Shown here: positions 42,860 to 56,582 of the stretch, one piece after another
Numbering within the stretch: the first letter of the stretch is position 1
Layout of the letters: each line of letters starts with the position of its first letter
From: Chiloscyllium plagiosum
Taxonomy: Eukaryota
Length of the DNA: 64,000 bases
Assembly: GCF_004010195.1 (NCBI RefSeq)
Contig: NC_057718.1
Span: 7,210,110 to 7,274,109 of the forward strand
Direction: 5' to 3'
Notes under the pieces: generated by a model
The model's database searches: none
Told to the model about the DNA's origin: nothing
Seen by the model: the letters and a program-made list of their open reading frames with translations, nothing else
Made by a program: the position numbers and the translations under genes

Positions 42860-45582
42860 GTAATTGACAAAGAGGTGAAAGTAGGTGAGGATCTGGAAAC
42901 AATCACTATCACAAAATAGGTAGTGCTGGGCAAGCTAATAGAGCTAAGGACAGACAAGTCTGGCCCTGATGAAATGCATCCAAGTGTGCTAAAAGAGATG
43001 GTAGGAGAAATAGCAAATACATTTGTGGTAATTTTCCAAAATTCACTGGATTCTGGGGCAGGTCCAGCAGATTGGAAAACAGCAAATGTGACACCACTGT
43101 TTAAAAAGGGAGGTAGACAAAAGGTGGGGAATTATAGACCGGGTATCTTAATTTCTGTAGTGGGGAAAATGCTTGAGTCTATTATCCAGGAAGAAATAAC
43201 AAGGCATCTAGATAGAAATTGTACTGTTGGGGAGACGCAGCATGGGTTCGTGAAGGGCAATTCATACTTAACTAATCTTCTGAAATTCCATGAAGACACT
43301 ATGAACACAGTGGACAATGGGGACCCAGTAGATGTGGTGTATCTAGATTTCCAAAAGGCATTCAAAAAGGTACTGCACAAAAGGCTGCTGCATAACATAG
43401 AACATTACGGTGCGGTACAGTCGGCCCTCAATGTTGCACTGACCTGTGAAACCATTCTGAAGCCCATCTAACCTACACTATTCCATTATCATCCATATGT
43501 TTATCCAATGACCATTTAAATGCCCTTAAAGTTGACCAGTCTACTACTGTTGCAGGCAGGGTGTTCCACTACTTCTGACATCTGTCCTATATCTGTAACC
43601 CCTCAATTTAAAGTTATGTCCCCTCGTGCTCGCCATCACCATCTGAGGAAAAAGGCTCTCACTGCCCACCCTATCTAACCCTCCGATTATCTTGTATATG
43701 TCTCCGTTAAGTCACTTCTCAACCTTCTTTCTAACGAAAACAGCCTCAAATCCCTCAGTCTTTCCTCATAAGGCCTTCCCTCCATAACAGGGAACATCCT
43801 AGTAAATCTCCCCTGCACCCTTTCCAATGCTTTCACATCCTTCCCATACAATGTGGCGACCATAACTGTATGCAATACTCCAAGTGCAGCTGCACCTGCG
43901 TTTTGTACAGCTGCAACATGGCCTGATGGCTCTGAAACTCAGTCCCTCTACCAATAAAAGCTAACACACCCTATGCCTTCTTAACAACCCTATCAACCTG
44001 GGTGGCAACTTTCAGGAATCTATGTACACGGACGGACACAGATCTCTCTGCTCATCCACACTGCCAATAATCTTACCATTAGCCCAGTACTCTGTATTCC
44101 TGTTACTCCTGCCAAAGTGAATCACTTCACACTTTTCTGCATTAAACTCTATTTGCCACCTCTCAGCCCAGTTCTGCAGCTTCTCTATGTTACTCTGTAA
44201 CTTGCAACATCCTTCAGCACTGTCCACAACTCCACCGACCTTAGTGTCATCCGCAAATTCACTAACCCATCCTTCTACATCCTCGTCCAGGTCATTTATA
44301 AAAATGACAAACAGCAGTGGCCCCCAAACAGATCCTTGTGCTACACCACTCGTAACTGAGCATAAGGTAAAGATGCAAGGCATTACGGCCAATGTATTAG
44401 CATGGATAGAGGATTGGTTAACCAATTCAAAGTCAAGATTGGACTCATCAGCCACTTAAGACCCATAAATAGATCAACGGAATGAAGACCCCGAGGGATA
44501 GCCATGATGCTGATGACAGTTAACCAACAGGAAGCAAAGAGTGGGAATAGATGTGTCTTGTTCTGGTTATCAAACACTGACTAGTGGTGTGCCTCAGGAA
44601 TCAGTATTGAGACCGCAATTATCCACAATTTCCATAGATGATTTGGAGTTGGGGGCCATGTGTAGCATGTCAAAGGTGACATTAAGATGAGTGGTAGAGC
44701 AAAGTGTGCAATGGACTATGAAACTCTGCAAAAGGACAAAGATAGTTTAAGTGAGTAGGCAAAGGTGTGGCAGATGGAGTACAATGTTCATACATGTGAA
44801 GTCATCCATTTTGGTTGGAATAACAGTAAAAAGGACGATTACTTGAATGGTAAGAAATTGCAACACGCTGCTATGCAGAGGGACCTGGTTGTCCTTGTGC
44901 ATGAATCACAGAATGTTAGACTGCAGGTGCAACAAGTAATTAGGAAGACAAATGGAAGTTTGACCTTCATTGCTAAAGAGGTTGAGTTTAAAAGCAGGAA
45001 GGTAATGTTGCAGCTGTACAGGGTGCTGGTGAGGCCACACCTGGAGTACTGCGTGCTGTTTTACTCTCCTTACTTGAGAAAGGATGCCCTGGCACTAGAG
45101 AGAGTGCAGGGGAGGCTCACTAAATTGATTCTGGAGTTGAGGGGTTGGCTTATGAGGACAGACTGAGTAGACTGGATTATATTTGTTGGAATTCAGAGGA
45201 ATGAGGGGGGATCTTTTAGAAACATCAAATTATGAAGGGAATAGATAAGATAGATGTAGAGAGGATGTTTCCACTGGTGGGTGAAACTAGGACAAGAGGG
45301 CGTAGCCTCAAAATTAGGGAGAGCAGATTTAGGACTGAATTGTGAAGGAACTTCTTCACCTAGAGGGTTGTGAATGGAATTCCCTGCCCAATGAAATGGT
45401 TAAGGCTTCCTCAGTAACTCGTTTTAGAACTAAGATAATTTTTTGAACAGTAAAGGAATTAAGGCTTATGGTGAGAGGGTGAGTAAGTGGATCTGAGGCA
45501 TGAAAAGATCAGCCATGATCTTATTGAATGGCGGAGCAGGCTCGAAGGGCCTCATGGCCTACTCCTGCTCCTAGTTCTTACG
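42860..45582 (+). mobile_element. CR1 LINE RT region, interrupted by two nested insertions
   Basis: KSGPDEMHP..WKTANVTPLFKKG..NYRP..QHGF..VDVVYLDFQKAF, resuming at 44361 with VLAWIEDWL..GVPQ..RPHLEYC and the tail. Confidence 0.92.
43396..44359 (-). mobile_element. Nested antisense CR1/HER1-like LINE
   Basis: SGVAQGSVWGPLLFVIFINDLD..FADDTKVGG on the minus strand; GCATAA duplicated at 43390-43395 and 44360-44365. Confidence 0.9.
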
Positions 45583-47452
45583 TAATGAGTGGTAGTTGCT
45601 AATAAATCCAATCAGGAATTCAAGAGAATACTTTGTACCCAGAGAGTGATGAGAACTCACCTGCAAGTAGTTTTAAAGTATAGTTGGTGTATTCTGAGAG
45701 CAATGAGGTTCATACATGAGTACTCATCGCAGGTGTAGTCCAGTTATGCTGAATGGTCAATTTCTGTGCAGTAATACTATATACAGCAGCTCACCTGGGA
45801 GTGGTGTTATCTGGGTGCAGTTGAAGTAGAGTGCATATTTAATTCTTCAATATAGTGTCTTATCTCAATGAAGACAAAATGAACAAAAGGTTAAAAGAAG
45901 CAAGTGTTTATTTGGTGGGAACATTACTTGTGTTGTGAAGATGACTCACTGACATATTTGACTCAGTGTAAAAATAGGAATTCAAGGTTATTTCAACAAA
46001 GGTACTTTAATCTCTGAGTTGGATACAATACCTGTCTAGACTCAAACCAACAGATTATACTGTTGTCATGTTAACTCTCCTCGTAAATACCACTCACAGT
46101 GAAAAGTAACAATTTTAACAGTGGGACTTGAGCATGCTATCACACATCTACAGTCAGAGATTGCAGCTTGGTAACTGCGTTGTGTGAAAATCTTGCAAGG
46201 TCATGGGAAAAGGGCAGGGGACTGAGACTAATTAGATCAGTCCTTCAAAGAGCCAACACAGGAACTAAGGGCCAAATGGCTTTCTTCTGTGTTGCAAGAA
46301 TCTCTGCTGAATTTGCTTTCATAATTAACTTGAAGTTTCTTTTGACTAATGATGAAACAGTGGAGGCAGTATGTACCATTTAAAGAAACATGCAGTAACT
46401 CACTGCAGTAACTACCCCAGGGTATTTCAGTAGCATCTTCCAAGCCTGCAACCTCTACCATCGAGAGGGACAATGACAGCAGATATATGGGAACACCGCC
46501 CGCTGTAATTTCCCCTCCAAGCCACTCATCCTGACTCGGAAATGTATCGTCAACAAAAGCGAACGATTATTCAAGATGTGATGTGAATATCTGCTGTAGA
46601 AGCTCAGCAGGTCTGGCAGCATCTGTGGGAGGGAGTTAATGTTTTGAGTCCACTGTAACTCTTCAGAACACGAAGGGTTTGGAAAATGTTTTTTAAATAC
46701 TTTTGACAGATGAAGGAGGGACAAGGGGAACAGATGGTGTGGAGTGCAAAAAATAGTGGGTTGCTAAATGTGTTGAAACAAACAGAAATGTAAAATGGGT
46801 GTAAGTTAAGGTGAAAAGGGGAGAAATTGGGTTGTCTCTACTGACAGTAGAATTAACAAAACAGTTAAGACAAAGTTGCTCCTCGGATGCTGCTTGATCT
46901 GCTGTGCTTTTCCAGTGCCACACTTTTCGATTCTGATCTCCAGCGTCTGCAGTCCTCACTTTCACAAGCAAGTCAAAGCCATGTGGTGGGAAGGGTATGT
47001 AAGGAAGATGGAAAACAGACATCCATGCATTCAGACTCTGATGTACGGTTGTTGAGAATTTCAGCATTTCCTGAAGTCCGAAGTGACTTTGTAAGATCCG
47101 GGGGGGGGGGGGGGAGGTGATGACGAGTCTGTTCTGATGAAGAGTCATTAGCTCTGCTTTCTTTCAGATGCTGCCAGACCTGCTGAGCTTCTCCTGTTTC
47201 AGATCCTGTGGGGATTTGACCAAGCAGATATCAAAAGGATGCTTCCTCTTACTGGAAAATGTAGAATGTTGGGTCATAGTTTAAAAATAAAGGGCTGTCC
47301 ATTTAAGTGAGGACGAAATAAAACTCTCAGAGGATTATGAGTGTTTGGAACCCCTTTTCTCAAAAGGCCGTGAATGCAGAATCTTTAAATGTTTTTTAAG
47401 GAGAGGGAGATAGATTACCAAGGCGTGAAGAATTATTGGCGGATATGCAGGA

Positions 47453-47581
47453 TTCCTGACGAAGGGTTTATGCCCAAAATGTCGATTCTCCTGCTCCTCA
47501 GATGCTGCCTGACCTGCTGTGCTTTTCCAGCACCACATTCTTGACTCTGATCTCCAGCATCTGCAGTCCTCACTTTCTACT
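47453..47581 (+). mobile_element. Solo Penelope pseudo-LTR (family A) in a CR1 tail
   Basis: Decayed core CTGACGAAGGGTTTATGCCCAAAATGTC; 12-bp TSD GGATATGCAGGA at 47441-47452 and 47582-47593. Confidence 0.82.
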
Positions 47582-47827
47582 GGATATGCAGGAATGTAGA
47601 GTTGAGTTAAAAATCAGATCAGCCACGATCTTATTGAATGACAGCGCAGGCTGGCTGAGGTATTCTTGTTCCTTATACATATTTCCAGCATCTCCAACAT
47701 TTTGCTTGTAGATATCGGTGCTCCAAAGAGAAGACGAGGTCCTCACCTGTCACCAAACAACATTTGCTTCCTCTGCAGCAAATGCTAATCCCGCTCAAAA
47801 TCCAGACCACAAAATGCAGCTTGGTCA

Positions 47828-48130
47828 GTCATCATGGAATTCCTACAGTATGGAAGCAGGCCATTCAGCCCATCAAGTCCATACCATATCTCCAAAGAGC
47901 ATCCCATCCAACCCCTATCAACCTGCATTCCCCATGGCTAATCCACTTTGGAGCAATTCAGAATGACCAATCTACCTGCACGCCTTTGAACTGTGGAAGG
48001 AAGCCAGAGCACCCGGAGGAATCCCATGCAGACAAAGGGCAAACTCCACACAGACAGTTGCCCAGGGCTGGAATTAAACCCAGGTTCCTGGCACTGTGAG
48101 GCAGCAGTGCTAACCACTGAGCCATCGTGC
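47828..48130 (-). mobile_element. V-SINE (HE1-like)
   Basis: Reverse head GGCACGATGGCTCAGTGGTTAGCACTGC and V-domain. Confidence 0.8.
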
Positions 48131-48189
48131 CGACCCATTATCAACTGCTTCAGAAATCTTGATGCTACTGTATAAATGTAAATGTATTT

Positions 48190-49905
48190 TTTTTAATTTC
48201 AAAAATATACTTTATTCATAAAATTATTTGGATCTCTATACAATTGGTCATGCCATTCTTATGCACACGTTACATTTCTTTACTTACAAATACCGAAATT
48301 AATCTTTCATATATACAAGTCTGTACATTGACTATCCAGCTATTCTGCTGAGGTGTCAGCGGTGCCCAATTACTGCACGGGCCCCCTGTTCTTTGGCAGG
48401 CAGACGCTACACGGTGGTCTTTCCTCACTGCGCCTTGGCGGCAGCTGCCCCAAGCTTCAGCGCGTCCCTCAACACGTAGTCCTGGATCTTGGAATGTGCC
48501 AGTCCGCAACACTCAGTCGGGGTCAGCTCCTTCAGCTGGAAGATCAACAGGTTTCGGACAGGCCAAAGAGCGTCTTTCACCGAGTTGAAGATCCTCCAGG
48601 CACAGTTGATGTTCGTCTCGGTGTGCATCCCGGGGAACAGACCGTAGAGCATGGAGTCCCGCGTCACAGAGCTACTCGGGACGAACCTCGACAAACACCA
48701 CTGCATTCCTCTCCAGAATTCCTTTGCGTAGGCACATTCCAAAAGGAGGTGTGTGACAGTCTTATCCCCCCCGCAGCCACTTCGAGGGCAGCATGCGGTG
48801 CAGCAGAGCGTCTGGACGTGTATAAAGGATCTCACAGGCAGAGCCCTTCTCACCACCAGCCAAGCCATGTCTTGGTGCTTGTTGGAAAGTTCTGGCGATG
48901 AGGCATTCTGCCAAGTGACTGCCCAGGGAACCGCTTGATAGGATCCACCCTCTCCTTTTCCCGACGGGTTTCAAGGACACTACGTGCTGACCACTTCCTG
49001 ATGGACTTGTGGTCAAAGATGTTTTTCTTCATAAATCTCTCCACAAAAGACAGGTGATACAAAACATGTCCAACTACTCGGAGCGTTCCGCAGCAGCGAG
49101 GCCAGGCCCATCCTTCGCAACACCGGGGACAGGTAGAACCTCAGTACGTAGTGACACTTGGTGTTTGCGTACCGGGGATCCACGCACAGCTTGATGCAGC
49201 CACACACAAGGATGGCCATCAGGGTGAGGGTGGCATTGGGCATGTTTTTCCCCCATTGCCCAGGTCTTTGTACATTGTGTCCCTTTAGACCCAGTCCATC
49301 TTTGATCTCCACATGAAGTGGAAGATGGCCCGGGTGACTGCAGTGGCACAGGTTCTGGGAATAGGCCAGACCTGTGCCACGTATAACAGCAATGACAGTG
49401 CCTCACACCTGATGACCGGGTTTTTTCCCGCGATGGACAGCAACTGTTGCTCCCATCTGCCCAGTTTCTGCCTCACTTTGCTGATACGCTCCTCCCAAGA
49501 CTTGGCGCATGCCCCAGCCCTTCCAAACCAAATACCCAGCACCTTCAGGTCGTCAGTCCTGACAGTGAAGGGGATCGAGGATTGGTCGGCCTAGTTCCTG
49601 AAGAGCATGGCCTCGCTCTTGCCTTGGTTGACCTTGGCCCCTGAGGCTCATTCGAACTGGTCACAGATGCGTATGGGTCTATGCACGGACAGCGGATCCG
49701 AGCAGAAAACAGCAACGTCATCCATGTACAGGGAGGCCTTAACCTGCAGGCCCCCGCTGCCAGGAATAGTCACCCCTCTCAGGCTCGTATCCTTCCTGTT
49801 GGATTCGGCAAATGGCTCTATGCAGCACACAAACAAGGCAGGAGAGAGAGGGCTGCACTGCCTGACTCCAGATCTGACTGGGAAGCTATCTGATTCCCAC
49901 CCATT
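48190..49905 (-). mobile_element. L1-clade (Tx1-like) LINE, 5'-truncated and frameshifted
   Basis: SGVRQCSPLSPALF and SLYMDDV RT motifs, LSIAGKNPVIR, C-terminal zinc knuckle CPRSGCGGDKTVTHLLLEC, AATAAA and A-rich tail. Confidence 0.9.
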
Positions 49906-49947
49906 ATGTATTATTGTAACTTATCCTTGCTTAAAGTGCATCAGTCA

Positions 49948-50804
49948 TGTAACAACCAAGGCTGGTGGAGTGCACCTCTGTTTAGTCCCACTGTAAAATA
50001 AAAATACTTCTCCCTGTGACTGAGGTGACCAGTTAAATACTTTATCCACATCAGGTTTAAAACAAGAAAGATGTATCAACTGTTTTTTAATAAATAAATT
50101 TATTGGTTTATTATCAAAGCAAAACTTATTCAATAAAGATTCAATAATTGATTAACTTACAAAGTCAATGATGAAGAAGAATAAATGGTTATCTTTTTTA
50201 TTTATCATCAAAACGTGCACATAAACTCTTCAGGAAAAGAAGGAAAGAAGTGGGTTTTCTGATAAACAAATTTTAGCTATTGGGTTATTCTTCAAGACAA
50301 AAGGAAAAACTATATGATGTTCCAAAGTCATTTGCTGTGATGTTCTGGGACATGTGGTCAAGATCCTTATCTCGCACAGTTGTCTCTGAAGTTTTACAGA
50401 CACAGCTTGCTCAGGAAGTATAATTGTGAGAGATTCCTTAAATCACGCTTTCAAAACAGCAAATAGGTTTCACCCTTTACAACTCAACCTTTCAGAATTG
50501 AGAGAGACTAGCTGGGCATCTTGTTCCTTGTAGTCATTCCTCCAACTTGTCCTGAACAGGCTTTCCTCAAATTCAGTTTGTTCTTGGCAGGCCTCCCTCC
50601 AATTGAATCAAAGAAAACAAGAATCTCTTCAAGGCCAGAAACTATTCATAACAATCCATAGCAAAGCAAGTGGTTGTTGCCAGTCATGCAATATCTAAGA
50701 AGACTTATTTTAAAAATCTCCAATCCACACAGTGAATTCTCAGGCATTTCCTTTAAAACAACCACTACAGGTATTTTCACAAACACTGAAATCCATTTTT
50801 CACA
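49948..50804. mobile_element. Possible solo LTR
   Basis: TGTAAC...CACA termini and AT-rich poly(A)-signal-like stretches. The flanks GTCA/GTAC are not a perfect TSD, so the call is weak. Confidence 0.3.
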
Positions 50805-50837
50805 GTACTTCAAGTCCTCCAAGCAATATTAATGAAA

Positions 50838-52125
50838 AGGGTTCATGAAAGGCAGGTCACCTTTAACTAATTTACTGCAATTCATTGAGGACATTATGAG
50901 CACGGTGAACAATGGGGAACCGGTGGATGTGGTGTATCTGGAGTTCCAGAAGGTATTCGACAGGGTGCCACACAAAAGGCTGCTGCATACGATAAAAGGT
51001 GCACAGTGTTTCAAGTAATGTATTAGCATGGATAGAGGATTGGTTAACTAACAGAAAGCAAAGAGTGGGGCTAAATGGGTGTTTTTCTGATTGGCGAATA
51101 ATGGCTAGTGGTGTGCCTCAAAGATCAGTGTGTAGACCATAATTGTTTACAATTTCCATAGATGATTTGGAGTTGGAGACCACGTGTAGTGTGTCAAAGT
51201 TCAGAGATGACATTTAAGATGAGTGGTAGAGCAAAGTGTGAAGAGGAAACTGAAAGTCTGCAGAGGGATGTAGATAGGTTAAGTGAGTGGGCAAGGATCG
51301 AATAGATGGAGTACAATGATGGTAAATATGAGGTCATCCATTTTGTAAGCAATAACAGCAAAATGGACTATTATTTAAATGGTGAAAAATTGCAGCATGC
51401 TACTGTGCAGAGGGACCTGGGTATCCTTGTGCATGAATCACAAAAAGGTTGGATTGCAGATACAGCAGGTAAACAAGAGGGCAAATAGAATATTGTCCTT
51501 CATTGCTAAAGGGCTGGGGTTTAAGAATAGGGAGGTTATGTTGCAGCAGTACAGGGTGCTGCTGATGCCACATCTGGAGTACTCCGTGCAGTTTTAGTCT
51601 CCTTTTTTGAGAAAGGATATACTGGCACTAGAGGGGATACAGAGGAGGTTCACCAGGTTGATTCTGGAGTTGAGAGGGTTGCTTCATGAGGAGAGATTGA
51701 ATAGACTGGGACTATACCCACTGGAATTTAGAAGAATGGGGGGGGGGGGGAGTCTTACAGAAACATAGAAAATTATGAAGGGAATAGATAAGATAGAGGC
51801 CAAGAGGTTGTTTCCATCTGTGGGTGAAACTAGAACTAGGGGGCGTTCCCCCCTCATAATCAGGGGAACAGATTTAGGACAGAGTTGAGGAGGATTCTTT
51901 TCACCCAAAGGGTTGTGAATTCCCTGCCCAGTGAAACAGTTGAGGCTACTTTGTTGAATGTTTTTAAGGTGACGATAGATTTTTGAACAGTAACGAAATT
52001 AAGAGTTACGGCGAGAGTGCGGGTAAGTGGAGCTGAGGCCATGAAAAGATCAGCCATGATCTTAGCGAATGGCGGAGCAGGCTTGAAGGGTCAGATGGCG
52101 TACTCCTGCTCTGAGTTCTTATGTT
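50838..52125 (+). mobile_element. CR1 LINE RT 3' portion, same subfamily as 42860-45582
   Basis: GFMKGRSPLTNLLQF..VDVVYLEFQKVFDRVPH through the tail. Confidence 0.88.
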
Positions 52126-53199
52126 AAATATAAAGTGTCTTTATAACAGCCTAGACCTTCTGAAGAGGAGCAATGATAAGATTGCCACACTGCTGAACTT
52201 TACGCTGTCTCAACACTGCTCCACTTTTCTTGCTGGGTCTCCTGAGCCAAGCTATCATCGAAATGCAGAGCACAACATCTCTCTGAAAACTCTGCATTGC
52301 AGCGCTGTGGAGTTGGAAGGAAAACAGGATACCTGACTCTTTTACAACACTAACTTCCATGTGGTATGTTTATAGATCCAATGTGAATGTTACTGAATGG
52401 ATACATGAATGAATTGACACAGTGGGTGGTTCAGGTGGCAGCTGAGTAGGCTGGTAGGTTGGTTAGCTAGCAGGTTAGTTGTGTGACAGGTGAGAGAGGG
52501 TGGGTGTCTAAAGTCCAGTCGGGGCCTTGTTAGATTTGAGTGGGAGAGGTAGTTTGGTTTGGGCTTTGGGTGGGGTTTAGTCCTGGATGTTAGGAGGTGT
52601 TGGGGTTCTATTGTGAGTGATCTGATGGTTCATTCTGTAGTAACACAGCAGATTGATTCTGTCGAATATTTCCTGGGTATCTGGCTAAGTAAGTACATCG
52701 GAACTCTCCCAAACATCAGACCGTCACTCAAAGTCGGAGATTTTCATGGAAGTTTGCGGACAGCAGAGGATGGTACGCCTTTGTATCCTGGTTGTTGGTC
52801 ATTCACCCTGTCTCGGATAATCCAGTGCCTGAGGATTTTGTTTCTCAGTTTGGAAGAAAGATCACCAACCTGAAACATGAACTCTGTCTTCGCTGATACT
52901 GCCAGATCTGCTGAGGCGTTTCATAATTTTCTGCTTTTATAGCAATTGTTAATAAGCTGTGAAGGTGGGGAGATGATTGCGTTTATGAACTATCAGAGGA
53001 AGTGGTAGAGGCGGGTGCAGTTACAACATTCAAAAGACATTTGAACAGGCACATGAACAGGAAAGTTTAGAGGGATATGGGCCAAATGCAGGCAAATGGG
53101 ATTAATACAGTTTGGGAAACCTGGTCAGCATGGACAAGTTGGACCGAAGGGTCTGTTTCCATGCTGTATGATTCTAAGACTCGATGAGATCAGACCTAG

Positions 53200-53810
53200 C
53201 CAGAACAAATGTCCACTTGGAAAGGCATGGATTAATCAAGGATAGTCAGCATCTGGGGAGGTCATGTCTAACACATTTCTTTGAATGTTTCAAGGAGGTG
53301 GCTGGGAGTGTAGATGAGGGGAGTACAGTCGATGAAGTCTACATGGACTTTGAAGCTTTTGACAAGGTCTTGCATGGCAAAGCTAAGAGCCAATGGGATC
53401 CAGGGCTATTTGAGAGACTGGAATCTGAATTGACTCAGTGACAGGAAGCAGAAGTGGTGGCCAATGGATAATATTGTGACTAGAAGCCTGTGTCCTCTGC
53501 ATGTGGCAGGGTTCAATGTTGGATCCCTTGCAGGTATTCTATACATTAATGGTCCAGATATTAATGTAGATAGTTCACAGATGATATGAGAATTGATGGA
53601 GAGGTAAACAGCGAGGAGAAAAACCTCGGAATATATGGACAGCTGGTCAGATGAGCTGAATGGTGGCAAATGGAATTTCATCTGGAAAAGTGTGAGGTGA
53701 TGCATTTCGAGAGAACTAATAAGGCAATGGGACAAGTGCAGGGAAATGGGATTCCAATAGATAGAGGCTAGATGATTGGCATGGACATGATAGGCAGAAA
53801 GCTGTAAATG
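53200..53810 (+). mobile_element. CR1 LINE fragment, heavily deleted
   Basis: HLERHGLIKDSQH..GRSCLTHFFECF..VDEVYMDF.AFDKV. Confidence 0.78.
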
Positions 53811-55774
53811 CTGTCATTTTTATGTCTGTAAAAAGCTCTTCTTCCTGCAAATGTGGTTAACATACTTGGGAGATTTGAGATCAGCATTTTCGTTGCTCGT
53901 TTGCCTGATTTTCACTTCCACCAAAATTCATTTCGACAGGCTTGTTCCCGATGCAAAACAAATCACAGCTCTGCTCTCGAAAGGTCAGGAAGCCCCCTCT
54001 CCTGTCCCCTCCAATGCCCCCACCCCCTGTCTCTCCTTGGGGAATGATCGCAGCTTATTAAATAAATAATGAAAGTGAATGCAGTCTTGGATACCACTCA
54101 CAAATGCTCTCTGTAAACCAGCAAATGCAACAGCTCAGTGCTGTTAAGAGATGTAATCTCACACGAAAAAAAAATTCCACTGGGCGCAATTTGAGTGAGA
54201 CAAAGCTTTTTATTTTTCCACTGAAGTAGTTGCCTGGGATATTTGCCATGTTTGTCCTACAGAGACTCGTTATCTTCCCTTGCAATGCAAAACATATTTG
54301 CGTGTTGGGCCAATGCATTAGGTAAAGTTGCAAAACAGCAGCTATTAAAAGGGGCTCGCATCATCATTGACACTTTACCTTCGCAAGCCACAAATCCACC
54401 CTAAATTTGTTTTAAATCACAGCAGCCTGCCACCCTTCTGGGCAGTATTTATTGACGTGTTTAAAAAAAAAGAGGATTAGGTCCTTTTGGCTAGTCACAG
54501 TATTTTTGAAAAGAATATGCTTGGCCCAATCATTATGGTATGAGTGAATAAACTTGCATGTCACAACATTGTGTGAAATAAAACAAGGCGATTCCAGGGA
54601 GACCAATCACAGTTTAAGTGACAGTGAGCGTGCTACCCCCATCAAGGGTAATAATAGTAGGCAACAGCGCACCCTACGATGTGAGGTTTGCGGTATATTA
54701 TGCATCTGCTGGAAAAGCTGATGGGGAGAATGGACAGCACTGGTCTACCTTGGAATGCCACACACACTTGAATAGGGAGATGCAGGTACAGTGACAACAT
54801 TTAAAAGACATTGGACAGGTACATGAAAAGGAAACGTTTAGAGGGATGTGGACTAATCGTAGGCAAATGGGGCTAGTTTATTTTAGGAAATCTGGTCGGC
54901 ATAGATGAGTTGGACCGAAGGGTCTGTTTCCATGCTGTATGAGTCTATGGGAAAACAAAACGGTGCTCCCTCTGCTGGTGTCGTACATCCTCAGCACCAT
55001 ATTCAGGTGTCGACAGAGAGACTGTACTTAGGGGATTTAAGTGGGCCTGATTTTCCAGGGTGGAGATTCTGCTCAGGGCTCCCCGGGGAGGGCAGAGCCA
55101 TGTTTCCATTCTGACAGACTTTTCTCATCACACAACCGTCAGAGGAAGGTAAACCAGACCCCCCCCCCCACCCCCGCCCCCACTCCTTTTACCAGCAGTC
55201 AGCTGCTATGTTCTGAAATGTAAAAGTCCTGACGGACATTTTGACAGCTGCTGCCACACAGGAAGTAAATCGAGTAAATGGGAGGGGAGGGTACCAGGTG
55301 GGCTGAATGCATCTAGGAAGTGGTTAGGGTCCACATGTATGAGTCGGCAGTTGAGGTTGGTGCCTGCTGGGGAGGGTGTGAGCTGGGATGGGAATAGGAA
55401 CCCAGATGTATAGGGAGCCCTGTAAGTAGAGTGCCAAGTGTGGTGGGGAGGGTGGATCTTGGGTCCTGGTTAGAGCACGGACAAATATCCTTGCCCTTGA
55501 GCAGAGGCATTTGTGTGTACTTATCAAGAGAGGGAGGGCAGTGACATTGTGGTATTGTCACTGTCATCTAGAGACCCAGGCACACTGTCTGGTCACTGAG
55601 ATGAAAAGTGTGTGATTTTTACATAGTTTAACATCATTTATTTTAGAGTTTGGATTTGAATGGCATTTTGGTTCGCAAGTATGTGTCTAAATGGGTTTAA
55701 TGACAACCTTATAAATAGCCGTAGTGATTATTTTAAACATAGCATTAGAAAAATACCCTGTAGGGATTCTATGA

Positions 55775-56300
55775 GCTTCCAGTTGCCTGCCACTTTAACA
55801 CCCCACCCTGTTCCCTAGCCAACACCTCTGTCTCAGGCTTGCTGCAGTGCTCCAGTATAGCTCAGCGCAGGCTGGAAGAACAACACCTCATTTCCACTTG
55901 GGGACCCTGCAGCCCTCAATACTGAGTTCAGTCATTTTCGGGCCTGAACTCCCCCATGTCCCAGTTCCCTACCCCACATACCAGGCCTTGTTATCTCACA
56001 CAATCTGCCATTACACACTACCTATTGTTAGTCACTAAAAGCCCCAATTAACAGCTATTCACCCACCCAGCCAGATTGTTATCAACTCCTTTGTCCCAAC
56101 TGTTTTCTCTCTTTGGGCTCTATCCCCACCTATCAGTTACTCCTTATCTCCTCCCCACACCCTATCTTCTGCATGTGAACTGGCATTTTCCCAGCTACTA
56201 TCAGTTCTGAGGAAGGATCACCGGACCCGAAACATTAACCCTGATTTCTCTTTACAGATGCTGCCAGACCTGCTGAGCTTTTCCAGCAACTTCTGTTTTT
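55775..56300 (+). mobile_element. Penelope-like 3' end: GIY-YIG C-terminus, UTR and family-C hammerhead pseudo-LTR
   Basis: VACHFNTPPCSLANTSVSGLLQCSSIAQRRLEEQHLI..LGTLQP, then GTT-CTGAGGA-A-GGATC(ACCG)GACCC-GAAA-CA-TT-AAC at 56204-56239. Confidence 0.82.
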
Positions 56301-56364
56301 GATCAGAGAGAGACTTCCTGTTGTGTAATACAGTTATTTTTAAATGGGAACGTTTCTGCAAGTG

Positions 56365-56582
56365 TTTAGATTAGGGTGGTGCTGGAAAAGCACAGCAGGT
56401 GACGCAGCATCTGAGAAGCAGGAAAATCAACGTTTCGGGCAAAAGCCCTTCATCAGGAATAGGGCTTTTGCCCAAAACGTCGATTTTCCTGCTCCTCAGA
56501 TGCTGCCTCACCTGCTGTGCTTTTCCAGCACCACTCTGATCTAGACTCTGGTTTCCAGCATCTGCAGTCCTTGTTTTTACCG
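56365..56582. mobile_element. Hairpin Penelope pseudo-LTR pair (family A)
   Basis: Intact minus-strand core ATTC-CTGATGA-A-GGGC(TTTT)GCCC-GAAA-CG-TT-GAT at ~56425-56460; imperfect 14-bp TSD CGTTT..CAAGTG. Confidence 0.82.

Noticed and set aside
44441..44455. Minus-strand CTGATGAGTC as another hammerhead
   Set aside because: Stem II (GTC/GAC) is not followed by GAAA; it lies in an RTE-like tail fragment.
53790..53850. Minus-strand TTTGCAG-GAAGAAGAG as the AIG1 last exon
   Set aside because: The translation does not resemble AIG1 and runs into a LINE tail.
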